From Neoroseomonas eburnea (GTDB taxonomy: Bacteria > Pseudomonadota > Alphaproteobacteria > Acetobacterales > Acetobacteraceae): a stretch of 64,000 bases of DNA. The position numbers and the translations under genes were made by a program. The notes under the pieces were generated by a model, which saw only the letters and a list, made by a program, of their open reading frames with translations, made no database searches and was not told the DNA's origin. Of this stretch, positions 29,275-38,229 are shown in pieces. The stretch lies in the NCBI RefSeq assembly GCF_018129005.1, contig NZ_JAAEDL010000002.1, positions 77,897 to 141,896 on the forward strand. Reading direction: 5' to 3'. Position 1 is the stretch's first letter. Each line of letters opens with the position of its first letter.

Positions 29275-30762
29275 ATGTTCGAAGCGGCCGAACTCGAGCA
29301 CGAGGTCAGCAAGGAAGACTACAGGAAGGAGGAGGCGGAGCTCCGCCGCGCCCTCCTGGCAGCGCAGCGGGAGCTCGGCCAGCAGCGCCGCTTCCCGGTG
29401 CTGATCCTGATCGCCGGCGTCGAGGGCGCGGGCAAGAGCGAGACGGTCCATCTGCTGAACGAGTGGCTGGACCCCCGCTTCATCGAGGTGAGCGGCTTCG
29501 GCCTGCCCACCGAGGAAGAAGCCGTTCATCCGCCCATGTGGCGCTTCTGGCGCGCCCTGCCGCCCAAGGGGCGTATCGGCATCTTCTTCGGCGCCTGGCA
29601 GACGGTGCCGATCCTCGAGCGCGTGCTGGGCAAGCTCGGTCCCGGCGGCTTCGCCACGCGCATGGAGGAGATCATGCGCCTCGAGCGCATGCTCGCCCAG
29701 GAAGGCGTGCTGCTGCTGAAATACTGGTTCCATTTGTCCAAGGCCCAGCAGAAGAAGCGCATCAAGTCGCTGGAGAAGGACAAGGAGACCTCCTGGAAGG
29801 TCACGCGCTACGACCGCACGCTGTTCGAGCACTACGACGACTTCATCGAGGTCTGCGAGCCCTACCTGCGCGAGACCTCGACCGGCGAGGCGCCCTGGAC
29901 GGTGGTGCCGGCGGCGAATGAGCGCTTCCGCGCGCTCTTCGTCGGGCGACACTTGCTGGGCGCGCTGCGTGCGCGGCTCGATGCGCCGGCGCCGGCGGCG
30001 GTGAAGGCAACGCCCGCGCCGCCGGCGGCGCCGGAGCAGGTCAACATCATCCGAGCCCTGACGCTGAAGCAGGAGATGTCGCGCGACGACTACGACAAGG
30101 AGCTCGCCGAAGCGCAGGGCCGTCTGGCCCGCGCGACGCGGCACAAGCGCTATGGCAGCATCAGCGTCATCGCGGTGTTCGAGGGCAACGACGCGGCCGG
30201 CAAGGGCGGCGCGGTGCGGCGGCTCGGCGCCGCGCTCGATCCGCGCGCCTACCGCATCGTGCCCGTCGCCGCGCCGACCGAGGAGGAACGCGCCCAGCCG
30301 TACCTCTGGCGCTTCTGGCGCCACGTGCCGCGGCCCGGAAGGCTGACGATCTTCGACCGGTCCTGGTACGGCCGCGTACTGGTGGAGCGCGTGGAAGGCT
30401 TCGCGGCGGAACCCGACTGGCGCCGCGCCTATGCCGAGATCAACGATTTCGAGGAGCAGCTCGTCACCAACGGCGCCGTGGTGGCGAAGTTCTGGCTGGC
30501 GATCAGCAAGGACGAGCAGCACCGCCGCTTCAAGGACCGCGAGGCGACCGCCTTCAAGCGCCACAAGATCACCGAGGAGGACTGGCGCAACCGCGAGAAG
30601 TGGGACGCCTACGAAGCCGCGGTCTGCGAGATGGTGGAACGCACCTCCACCGGCATGGCGCCGTGGACGCTCGTCGAGGCCGACAACAAGCTGCACGCGC
30701 GGGTGAAGGTGATCAGGACGCTCGCCGAGATGGTCGAGGACGGGCTGAAGCGGGCGAAGTGA
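29275..30762 (+). CDS. pap: Polyphosphate:AMP phosphotransferase (tandem PPK2 domains)
   Basis: Two PPK2 repeats, each with a Walker A-like motif (IAGVEGAGKSE and FEGNDAAGKGG) and a lid motif (WRFWRALPPKGRIGIFFGAWQ and WRFWRHVPRPGRLTIFDRSWY). Confidence 0.85.
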   Translation: MFEAAELEHEVSKEDYRKEEAELRRALLAAQRELGQQRRFPVLILIAGVEGAGKSETVHLLNEWLDPRFIEVSGFGLPTEEEAVHPPMWRFWRALPPKGRIGIFFGAWQTVPILERVLGKLGPGGFATRMEEIMRLERMLAQEGVLLLKYWFHLSKAQQKKRIKSLEKDKETSWKVTRYDRTLFEHYDDFIEVCEPYLRETSTGEAPWTVVPAANERFRALFVGRHLLGALRARLDAPAPAAVKATPAPPAAPEQVNIIRALTLKQEMSRDDYDKELAEAQGRLARATRHKRYGSISVIAVFEGNDAAGKGGAVRRLGAALDPRAYRIVPVAAPTEEERAQPYLWRFWRHVPRPGRLTIFDRSWYGRVLVERVEGFAAEPDWRRAYAEINDFEEQLVTNGAVVAKFWLAISKDEQHRRFKDREATAFKRHKITEEDWRNREKWDAYEAAVCEMVERTSTGMAPWTLVEADNKLHARVKVIRTLAEMVEDGLKRAK

Positions 30763-30826
30763 TGCGGTCGGTGCCCGCACCGGCCGCATTGCATGTGCGC
30801 TGGTGGGCGGCCAGGCGCCGGACAAG

Positions 30827-30921
30827 GCGGATTCGGGCCGCGGGTGGTCCGGCGAAGCCAAGCAAACCGGAGGTTTGCGCCCGGCGCCTGAGGGCACGAA
30901 ACGGCCGATGCCAGCGGTCGC
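30827..30921. repeat. Repeat family C, copy 2 (inverted relative to copy 1)
   Basis: It is the reverse complement of 9584-9685 with a few mismatches. It lies between the convergent pap and SPFH genes, directly abutting repeat A copy 3. Confidence 0.6.
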
Positions 30922-30939
30922 GAAGAGCGGCCGTTGGCA

Positions 30940-31069
30940 TGAGGTCGGGGGAGGAGAACCTCCCCCGATCCCCCTCCCTTCCTTGTCGGGGCGCATCGCC
31001 GATGGCGATGCGCAAGGATCCCAAAGAAGGTTGGGGGGTTCGGGGGGAAGTTCCCTTCCCCCCGACCTT
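30940..31069. repeat. Repeat family A, copy 3
   Basis: gaggtcgggggaggagaacctcccccgatccccctccc ... gcgcatcgccgatggcgatgcgc (a perfect 10-bp-arm central hairpin) ... ggttggggggttcggggggaagttcccttccccccgacctt. Confidence 0.8.
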
Positions 31070-32932
31070 TCACCGCGCCGGCAAGGGCGGCGGCCGCGTC
31101 GTCGGCACGTCCGCCGGCTGCGGCCCACGCAGCATCGCCGCGATCCCTTCCAGCCCCGTCCCCCCGCCCGTCACCAGCGTCTGCGGCACCAGCCGCGGCG
31201 CCAGCGAGATCAGTTCCGGCTTCTCCCGCAGCGTCGCCAGCACCTGCTGCAATGCCTGCAGCAGCAGCGCGTTGGACGGACCGAGCACGTTTGCCTGCGC
31301 TTCCTGGCCGCGCGCCAGCGATTCCAGGTAGCGCCGCTCCGCCTCGCCGAGGTTCTGCCGTTCCACCATCGTGCGTTCCGAGACCTGCACGGCGATCTGC
31401 GCGCGCACCAGTTCCCGCTGCTGGTCGGCGGTGGCGCGGGCCTGCTCGGTCTTCACCCGTTCCTCCTGCGCGATCGTCTCCTGCTGGTAGGCCTGGCGGA
31501 GCTGCTGCGCGAGCTGCTCGCGACGGCGGGCGACCAGCAGTTCCGGCGGGATGACGCTTTCGCCGAAACGGAGCTGGTTGACCTCCAGCCCGGCCTTCGC
31601 CGCCTCCTCCCGCACCAGGCGCTCGATCGTCGTCTCGATGGCGTCGCGCTGGTCCACCAGGTCCAGCACGCGGGTCGCGCGGCGCGTGGTGCCGACGACG
31701 ATCTCGGACCCCACCACGTTTCGCACGACGGAGCGGATCATCGGCGTGATGACACGGTCCTCGATCTCGCCGAGGCCGCCGACGGAGGCGACCACGAAGG
31801 GCGCGTTGGTCGGCGTCACCTGCACCAGCACGCGCAGTTCCTGCGGCACGTCCCACCCCTCGACCCGGACCATCACGGCGCGGTCGGCGGCCTCGCGCGG
31901 GACGGGAACGGGCTGCGTCGTGGCGCTCTGCTGGATCTCACCGCGCTGATCCACCGTGAGGTTGATCCGACGCTCGTCATAGCCACCGCGATATTCCCAG
32001 GTCTGCAGTCGGACATCGACCAGCGTCACCGCATAGGCATCGCGGTTCATGTAGTACGCGCCGGGAAGCAGCGGGTCGCGCCAGACGCCGCGGCAGCCGG
32101 CCGGCACCAGGGCGACGGTCAGCGCCTCGGCCTGGGCGGGGGCACGTTCCTCGCGGCAGTCGCGGCCGCGCTCGGTCACGTTGGACTTCACCACGCCGAC
32201 ATGGCCCGCCGGCACCTCGATCACCGAGGTCAGTTCCGTCTGCGGGCGCTCGTGGCGCACCACGCGCAGCCCGGCGCGGTCGTAGGTGACGGTGCGGTCC
32301 GGCTGCCGGATCTCGACCCGGAAGAGGTAGAGATTCAGCGGATAGCGACCGGGCTTCAGGATCGAGGTCTGCGCGCCGCGTTGCCCCCGAGGGCCGGCGC
32401 CGGCGCGTTCCTCGCCGAGGAAGAAGGTCGCGTCGAGCATGCGCGCGGAAAGCTCTTCCGGCCAGGAATCGGCCATCACCTGGTCGGCCGGCATGGGGGC
32501 GCCGTCGGCGGCCTGGATGCGGCCATAGGTGCCGTTCGGGATCTCCACCATCGGCAGCAGGTCGATGTCGTGCGTCAGGCGGATGAGCGGCCAGAAGGAC
32601 ACGCCCGGCGGCAGCACCTGCGCCTGGAAGCCGTTCTCGCCGCCCGTCGCGATGACGCGGCCGGCGGGCATGGAGCGGCCGCCGTAGATCTTGCGCAGGT
32701 GGCCGACCTCATCCGCGCCGACCTGCACGATGGAGGCACCGGCGAAGAGGCAGACCACGCCCGCGCCGGCCAGGATGCCGCTGGTCAGGCGCCAGCCCTG
32801 GGCGGCTGCGGCGCCTGCCGGCCCCTCCAGCGCCGGCGGGCCGCGGCGGCGCTGCAGCCAGATCCGCACCGGCAGCAGCACGGCCAGCGCAAGCGCCGCG
32901 ACGCCGGCCAGGAGAAAGAGGAAGGACAGCAT
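31070..32932 (-). CDS. SPFH/band-7 (flotillin-like) membrane protein
   Basis: N-terminal TM, an SPFH domain of about 250 aa, then a long Glu/Ala/Gln/Arg-rich coiled-coil (QQLRQAYQQETIAQEERVKTEQARATADQQRELVRAQIAVQ) typical of the flotillin C-terminal region. Confidence 0.65.
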   Translation of the reverse strand: MLSFLFLLAGVAALALAVLLPVRIWLQRRRGPPALEGPAGAAAAQGWRLTSGILAGAGVVCLFAGASIVQVGADEVGHLRKIYGGRSMPAGRVIATGGENGFQAQVLPPGVSFWPLIRLTHDIDLLPMVEIPNGTYGRIQAADGAPMPADQVMADSWPEELSARMLDATFFLGEERAGAGPRGQRGAQTSILKPGRYPLNLYLFRVEIRQPDRTVTYDRAGLRVVRHERPQTELTSVIEVPAGHVGVVKSNVTERGRDCREERAPAQAEALTVALVPAGCRGVWRDPLLPGAYYMNRDAYAVTLVDVRLQTWEYRGGYDERRINLTVDQRGEIQQSATTQPVPVPREAADRAVMVRVEGWDVPQELRVLVQVTPTNAPFVVASVGGLGEIEDRVITPMIRSVVRNVVGSEIVVGTTRRATRVLDLVDQRDAIETTIERLVREEAAKAGLEVNQLRFGESVIPPELLVARRREQLAQQLRQAYQQETIAQEERVKTEQARATADQQRELVRAQIAVQVSERTMVERQNLGEAERRYLESLARGQEAQANVLGPSNALLLQALQQVLATLREKPELISLAPRLVPQTLVTGGGTGLEGIAAMLRGPQPADVPTTRPPPLPAR

Positions 32933-33014
32933 CGCGGTCTCCGCCGTTGGCTACGCGCACCGATCCTACGGGGCGCGGCGGCGGCGAGCCATGACGATCC
33001 TCACGTGCGCGGCA

Positions 33015-34013
33015 CTACTCCACGCGAACATCGGCGGTGCGGATCACCTCGCCCCAGCGCGCGACCTCGGCGCGCAGGAAGTCACCGGTCGGGCCCGGCG
33101 GCCGGCCTTCGACGACGAAGCCGAGATCCTGCAGGCGGCGCGTCATGGCGGGCTCGCGCACGATGGTGGCGACCTCGGCCGCGATGCGGTCCAGCACCGG
33201 CTGCGGCGTGCGCGCGGGGGCGAGCAGCATGCACCAGGAGCTGGCGACGAAATCCGGCAGGCCGCCCTCGATGATGGTCGGCAGTTCGGGCGCGAAGCTG
33301 GGGCGGGTCGCGGTGGCGATCCCGAGCGCGCGGACATTGCCGGCCTCGAACTGCGGCTTCAGCGTCGAGTAGGTGTCGAACATCAGGCCGATATTGCCGG
33401 CCATCAGGTCCTGCAGCGCCGGCTGGGTGCCGCGGTAGGGGACGTGCTCCATGCGCAGCCCGGTGCGGAGCTGGAGCTGTTCCATCGCGAGATGCGCGGT
33501 GGCGCCGATGCCGCTCGATCCGTAGTTCACGCGGCCGGGGCGGGCGCGGATGTATTCGACGAAGCCGCGGAAATCCTCGGCCGGCACGTGCTTGGTGCCG
33601 GCCAGCACCAGCGGCGCCTGCACCACCAGGCTGACCGGCGCGAAGGAGGCCAGCGCGTCGAATGGCATCTTGCCGGCCTGGAGCGTGGCGTTCGCCGCAT
33701 GGGCCGGCAGCACCATCACCAGCGTGTAGCCGTCGGGCGGGGAGGAGGCGGCCGCGGCGGCGCCGACGATGCTGTTGGCGCCGGGGCGGTTCTCCACCAC
33801 CACCGGCTGGCCGAGCACGCGGGAGAGTGGTTCCGCGACCAGGCGCGTCGCGATGTCGGTCGTGCCGCCGGGCGTGTAGGGAACGATGATGCGCAGCGGG
33901 CGTGTGGGCCATTCCTGCGCGGAAGCGCCACGGGCGGCGAGCGCCAGGCCGGCGGTGACGCCTAGTGCCGCGCGGCGGGAGAGGCCGCGCCGCGGCGCGT
34001 CGTGGGTGGTCAT
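33015..34013 (-). CDS. Tripartite tricarboxylate transporter substrate-binding protein (TctC/Bug family) with Tat-type signal
   Basis: RRGLSRRAALGVTAGLALAARGASA (twin-arginine signal). The Bug-family core is IIVPYTPGGTTDIATRLVAEPLSRVLGQPVVVENRPGANSIVGAAA...PDGYTL. It is an orphan; no tctA/tctB genes are adjacent. Confidence 0.85.
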   Translation of the reverse strand: MTTHDAPRRGLSRRAALGVTAGLALAARGASAQEWPTRPLRIIVPYTPGGTTDIATRLVAEPLSRVLGQPVVVENRPGANSIVGAAAAASSPPDGYTLVMVLPAHAANATLQAGKMPFDALASFAPVSLVVQAPLVLAGTKHVPAEDFRGFVEYIRARPGRVNYGSSGIGATAHLAMEQLQLRTGLRMEHVPYRGTQPALQDLMAGNIGLMFDTYSTLKPQFEAGNVRALGIATATRPSFAPELPTIIEGGLPDFVASSWCMLLAPARTPQPVLDRIAAEVATIVREPAMTRRLQDLGFVVEGRPPGPTGDFLRAEVARWGEVIRTADVRVE

Positions 34014-34088
34014 GGTCGTTTCCCCGGATGGTGCATGTTGTGGGCTTGCGGCGCAGTCTATGGGGTTCGCGCGGGTGGGCAAGGCGCG

Positions 34089-34214
34089 AAGGTCGGGGGA
34101 GGAGAACCTCCCCCGAACCCCCCCTCCCTTCTTTGGTGTCTCTTGCGCATCGCCGCAGGCGATGCGCCCGGACAGAAGAAGGAGGGGGTTTGGGGGAGTT
34201 CACTCCCCCAACCT
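34089..34214. repeat. Repeat family A, copy 4
   Basis: gaaggtcgggggaggagaacctcccccgaaccccccctccc ... gcgcatcgccgcaggcgatgcgc ... ggagggggtttgggggagttcactcccccaacctt. It overlaps the 3' end of nfi by about 15 nt. Confidence 0.75.
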
Positions 34215-34886
34215 TGCGGCATTGGCGGCCGCATGCGCCGCGCGTATCGGCGCCGGCACCCGCCGCCCTCGCGTCGCCCCCAGCACGATCGCGACGGCGG
34301 TGGCAAGCGACACCCGATGCCCGACCGAGACGTAGAGCGGATTCGCCGCCCGCCGCGTGCGCAGTGCCGTGCCGATGCGATGTCCCTTCCACATCAGCGG
34401 CGCCATGTCGCCCGGTTCCGGCCCTGGCGTGCCCTCCCCTACCAGCAGCGACTTGGCGACGCCGATCGTCGGCACGCCGAGCACCACACCGAGATGACAG
34501 GCGAGACCAAGCCCGCGCGGATGCGCCATCCCCTGCCCATCCACCAGGATGACATCGGGCCTCACCGTGAGCCGCGCCCAGCAGGCGAGCAGCGCCGGCA
34601 CCTCGCGGAAGCCGAGATAGCCCGGCACGTAGGGAAAGTCGGCGCGGCGCGTTTCCGTCGCGGTGGCGAGCGGCGCGTCGCTCGCCGCGTCGAGCGTCAC
34701 GAGCGCGGCATGCACGCGCTTCGCGGGGTCGAAGCGCGTGTTGCTGACATCGGCACCGCCGAGGCGCGCGATGCGCGCCGGCAGGTCGTCCTCGGCGACG
34801 AGACGCGCGGCCATCTCCGCCTGGGCGGCGCGCGCCTCGGCGATGTCGCGCGGATGGAGCCAGTGCGGCGGCAGGTCCGATGCCAT
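34200..34886 (-). CDS. nfi: Endonuclease V (deoxyinosine 3' endonuclease)
   Basis: ADFPYVPGYLGFREVPALLACW...ILVDGQGMAHPRGLGLACHLGVVLGVPTIGVAKSLL matches the Nfi catalytic core (D..E..D..K). ATG 34886 was chosen; the ORF extends to 34967. Confidence 0.8.
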   Translation of the reverse strand: MASDLPPHWLHPRDIAEARAAQAEMAARLVAEDDLPARIARLGGADVSNTRFDPAKRVHAALVTLDAASDAPLATATETRRADFPYVPGYLGFREVPALLACWARLTVRPDVILVDGQGMAHPRGLGLACHLGVVLGVPTIGVAKSLLVGEGTPGPEPGDMAPLMWKGHRIGTALRTRRAANPLYVSVGHRVSLATAVAIVLGATRGRRVPAPIRAAHAAANAARLGE

Positions 34887-34954
34887 GCCCCGAGCCTGCC
34901 ACGCGGCGCGGCGCCTCAGAACCCGCTTGAGGATGCCGGCACCGGCCCGCATTC

Positions 34955-34997
34955 GCGGCCTCGGCACGAGTCATTGACTCGTGCCGCTGGTATCAGA
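34955..34997. repeat. Repeat family D, copy 2 (conserved terminator hairpin that supplies the stop codon of the OMP gene)
   Basis: gcggcctcggcacgagtcattgactcgtgccgctggtatcaga. In both copies the TCA in ggtatcaga is the minus-strand stop codon of the upstream gene. Confidence 0.55.
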
Positions 34998-36213
34998 ACC
35001 CGCCCTGGTAGCCGAGGCGCACCAGGATGGCGTGGGAGGTGCCGAGCGTCGCCGTCTCCTCCCGCACGTAGCGGCCGTACTGGTAGCCGACATCGAGCCC
35101 GAAGCCGCCGCCGATGTCGCGACCGACCGAGGCCTCGACGTAGTTCTCCGTCGGCATGGTGTCGACGCTCCGCTTGCGCTGGTCGCGCTGCCAGGCGAGC
35201 GTGCCGCGCCACGGCCCGTGGCGGTGCTGCACGCCGAGCGTGGTGAAGGTGCGGCGCTCCGCGAGCGTCGTTTCCGCCGTGCCTTCCACCTCCTCCCCCG
35301 TGCCGGGCTCGAAGGTGGTGGTGGAGACTTCCGTGAAGGGCCGGCCGCCGGCGCTGCGGAACTGCACGGCCTCGGCGAAGAGCAGCGTCGCCTGGTCGCG
35401 CGACCAGCGGTGCTCGTAGCGGATCGCGCCGGCATAGCCCCATTCGCGCGCCGTGCCGTCCACGCCGTGGCCGCGGCTCACCACGGCGAGGTGATAGGAG
35501 AAGCCGGGCAGCCAGGAGAAGCCATCCCCGTCCAGCGCGACGGCGAAGTTGTCGAGCCTGCCGGTGTTGCCCGGCCCGCCCTGCTGTTCGGTGTTGCGGT
35601 TGAACCGCTCGTAGCGCTCGTCGCAGCAGCGCCGGCGCGTGATCCAGGTGGAGGAGAGGAAGGTGCGGTCGAGCGTGAAGACCGCGGCGGAGAGGTCGTG
35701 CTCGCCGAAGGTGGGATCGGAGAGGAAGGTCCAGGATCCGCCGGCGCCGAGGCTGTCGCCGACCATCTCCACCTCATGCGCGCGCAGCCGGGTGAGGATG
35801 CCGGGGAAGTCGTGGTAGCCGCGGCCGAAGGGCGCGACGAAGCGGCCGCCGTAGAGCGTCAGGGCATCGGCCGGCTTCCATTCGGCGAAGAGCGCCTCGA
35901 GATAGGCGGCCTGGCGGCGGAAGAAGATGACGCCCCGATCGGGCGTGCCGCCGGTCGAATCCCCCTCGCCGATCGGCTCGAAGGCCAGCACGCCCTGGAG
36001 CGAGAAGTTCGGGGCGAGATGCAGGCCGGCGGCGAGTTCGCCGAAGAGATAGACGCTGGTGCCCTCGCGCACGGCGTCCGGGGCGGCGACGGTGGAGACG
36101 GAATAGAGGCCGATATCTGCCTCCGCCGAAAGCTGCGGGTAGGAGGGCGGCGCCTGCTGGGCGACGGCGGGTGCGGCGAGCAGGAGCGCGGCTGCGAAAG
36201 CAGTACGCCTCAT
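34993..36213 (-). CDS. Outer-membrane beta-barrel protein, co-transcribed with the ZnuA-like gene (putative Zur-regulated porin)
   Basis: Signal peptide MRRTAFAAALLLAAPAVAQQ. Alternating amphipathic beta-strands. C-terminal ...LVRLGYQGGF ends in Phe, as outer-membrane proteins typically do. ATG overlaps the znuA-like stop (ATGA). Confidence 0.55.
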   Translation of the reverse strand: MRRTAFAAALLLAAPAVAQQAPPSYPQLSAEADIGLYSVSTVAAPDAVREGTSVYLFGELAAGLHLAPNFSLQGVLAFEPIGEGDSTGGTPDRGVIFFRRQAAYLEALFAEWKPADALTLYGGRFVAPFGRGYHDFPGILTRLRAHEVEMVGDSLGAGGSWTFLSDPTFGEHDLSAAVFTLDRTFLSSTWITRRRCCDERYERFNRNTEQQGGPGNTGRLDNFAVALDGDGFSWLPGFSYHLAVVSRGHGVDGTAREWGYAGAIRYEHRWSRDQATLLFAEAVQFRSAGGRPFTEVSTTTFEPGTGEEVEGTAETTLAERRTFTTLGVQHRHGPWRGTLAWQRDQRKRSVDTMPTENYVEASVGRDIGGGFGLDVGYQYGRYVREETATLGTSHAILVRLGYQGGF

Positions 36214-37154
36214 CGCGCGCCACCCTGCATCGCCGGCACGAGCAACCCGACATTGTGGCGGAACATCGCCTCGTAGCTCGGCGCCGGGCCGTCGGGGGGC
36301 GAGAGCGCATCGGCATAGAGGCGCCCGCCGACGGCGATGCCGGCCTCCTGCGCCACGCGGCGCAGCGTCGCCGGGTTGGTCATGTTCTCCAGGAAGGCGG
36401 CGGTGATGGATTGCTCGCGGATCAGGCGGATCAGCCGGGCCACCTGGGCGGCGGAGGGCTCGCTTTCCGTCGAGATTCCCTGCGGCGCGAGGAAGGTGAT
36501 GCCGTAGGCGGCGCCGAAATAGCCGAAGGCGTCATGGCTGGTGACGACGCGGCGCCGCGCCTCCGGCACGGTCGCGACCTGGGCGCGCACCCAGGCATCG
36601 AGGTCCGCGAGGCGCGCGAGATAGGCTTCGGCGTTGCGGCGGTAGGTCGCCTCCCCGGCCGGGTCGGCGGCGATCAGGGCGGCGGCGATGGCGCGGACAT
36701 AGGATTGGCCGTGGCGCAGGTCCTGCCACGCGTGCGGATCCGGGACTTGGCGCGGGCCGACGCTGTGCTGGTGCCGGCGGCCGGCACCGCCGTGGTCGTG
36801 CTGGTGCGCTGCCATGCTGCGCGGCGTGATGCCGTCCGTGGCGGTGACCACCGTGCCGGACGGGCCGGCGGAGCGCAGCAGGCGGTCGATCCAGGCATCG
36901 AAGCCGAGCCCGTTGCGCACGACCAGGCGTGCGCCGCGCAGCGCCACGGCGTCCGACGGCCGCGGCTGAAAGCCGTGTGCATCCACATCCGGCCCGGCGA
37001 TGGTGCGCAGCGCGATGCGATCCCCGCCGATACGCGCCGTCATGTCGCCGAGGACGGAGAAGGAGGCGACGACCGGCAGGCGATCGGCGCCCTGGGCGGC
37101 GGCACGCCCGGCGAGCAGCAGCGCCGGCAGCGCGAGAAGGGAACGACGGTTCAT
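36210..37154 (-). CDS. Metal ABC transporter substrate-binding protein, ZnuA/TroA-like with His-rich loop
   Basis: Signal MNRRSLLALPALLLAGRAAAQ. The cluster-9 SBP core is LPVVASFSVLGDMTARIGGDRIAL...GPDVDAHGFQPRPSD. The His-rich insertion is HQHDHGGAGRRHQHS. No znuB or znuC genes are adjacent. Confidence 0.8.
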   Translation of the reverse strand: MNRRSLLALPALLLAGRAAAQGADRLPVVASFSVLGDMTARIGGDRIALRTIAGPDVDAHGFQPRPSDAVALRGARLVVRNGLGFDAWIDRLLRSAGPSGTVVTATDGITPRSMAAHQHDHGGAGRRHQHSVGPRQVPDPHAWQDLRHGQSYVRAIAAALIAADPAGEATYRRNAEAYLARLADLDAWVRAQVATVPEARRRVVTSHDAFGYFGAAYGITFLAPQGISTESEPSAAQVARLIRLIREQSITAAFLENMTNPATLRRVAQEAGIAVGGRLYADALSPPDGPAPSYEAMFRHNVGLLVPAMQGGAR

Positions 37155-37167
37155 GGTGGCGACCCTG

Positions 37168-37186
37168 TGATGTTATATTATAACGC
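37168..37186 (-). promoter_or_regulatory. Candidate Zur box overlapping the promoter of the ZnuA-like/OMP operon
   Basis: tgatGTTATAtTATAACgc is a 6-1-6 AT-rich palindrome 14-32 nt upstream of the ATG. It resembles alphaproteobacterial Zur operators. The surrounding DNA is about 70% GC, so this AT-rich palindrome stands out. Confidence 0.5.
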
Positions 37187-37244
37187 TATCTCTGCCTACC
37201 GATCTGCACAAGACCACCCTTGTCAGTTCAGTCAGCGATCGTTT

Positions 37245-37373
37245 GAGACTGCCCGCACCAGCCCCCCCGCGCCGGGCCAGCCATCCAGGATGCTGTCGCC
37301 GGTTGGCCGGGTGGGGGTGCGGGCCGGTGCCGGACCCCAAAACGCGCCGCGAGGCGCGTTTCCAAACGGTCTC
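37245..37373. repeat. Repeat family B, copy 2 (partially deleted left arm)
   Basis: gagact-gcccgcaccagcccccccgcgccgggccagcc...ggttggccgggtgggggtgcgggccggtgccggacc-ccaaaacgcgccgcgaggcgcgtttccaaacggtctc. The right half is about 90% identical to copy 1 and the left arm is shortened. Confidence 0.65.
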
Positions 37374-38126
37374 TCAGCCCTTGCCGAAGAGGCGCCGCAG
37401 CCAGCCGATCAGACCGCCGGCGGCGGGGTCCCTGCGCTGGTGCGTCACATGCGGCCGGCGCGCCGGCGGCGGCAGGGCGCTCGCCACGGTGTGGCGGCCA
37501 GCGTCATGCGCGGCGATCAGCCGGCGCTCGAGCGCGATGACCTGGCTGACCGCCTCGGACGGAGAGATACCGGCGAGTTCGGCCGCGGTGGCCTCCGCAT
37601 CCTGCCACGCCTCGGCGCGGCGGAGCGCGTCCACCACGCGGACCGTCTGCTCGGCATCGAGCGCCGGGCCGCTGCGCCACAGCGCCACGGCTTCCTGCCG
37701 CCAGGCGCTGGCAAGGTCAGCCCGGCCCGCATCGTCGGCCACCCAGGCCGCCTGCAGCGTGGCCTCGGCCGCGGCGTGCAGCGCGCCGGTCTCCTCCAGC
37801 ACCAGGGCCCAGGCGAGGAAGCGCCGGGCGAGCGGCGGATGGGAGGCATCGCGCAGCAGCGCGCGAAACGGCGCGGCGGAGACGGCGGCGGCGGCGGCCG
37901 GATGCGCCTTGGCGATCGACGGCGCCGCGTAGCCGCAATGCGGGCATTGCTGCAGCCAGCGCGCCATGGTGGAGCGGACCGGCTCGCCCGGCCGCAGGTC
38001 GAGGTCCGGCGCCTGTTCGGGCGGCGGCGGGCGGAACGGGGCCTGGCGGCTCTCGCGCCCGCAGACGCCGCAGGTCGATTGGCCGGCGGCGGCGGAACGG
38101 GACGAGGTGGAAGGCGTCTCTGCCAT
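37374..38126 (-). CDS. Hypothetical protein with N-terminal zinc-ribbon (CGVCG...CPHCGY) and C-terminal Ala-rich helical domain
   Basis: 250 aa with a C-x2-C ... C-x2-C pair near the N-terminus. No recognisable catalytic motif. Its 3' end abuts repeat B copy 2. Confidence 0.45.
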   Translation of the reverse strand: MAETPSTSSRSAAAGQSTCGVCGRESRQAPFRPPPPEQAPDLDLRPGEPVRSTMARWLQQCPHCGYAAPSIAKAHPAAAAAVSAAPFRALLRDASHPPLARRFLAWALVLEETGALHAAAEATLQAAWVADDAGRADLASAWRQEAVALWRSGPALDAEQTVRVVDALRRAEAWQDAEATAAELAGISPSEAVSQVIALERRLIAAHDAGRHTVASALPPPARRPHVTHQRRDPAAGGLIGWLRRLFGKG

Positions 38127-38229
38127 CGAAGCTTCATCCTAGACCAGAACCGCCGCCGCCGGAATCCGACAACGCCGGGCCAAGCATCGCGACGGGTGGC
38201 CCATTGCACAGGCGGCGCGGGTTGGGCAC

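Noticed and set aside
5384-34214. Possibility that the repeated elements are a CRISPR array or encode a conserved peptide
   Set aside because: Copies are dispersed 10-15 kb apart, imperfect and internally palindromic, with no regularly spaced spacers and no cas genes. The peptide similarity is a by-product of nucleotide repetition in different frames and strands.
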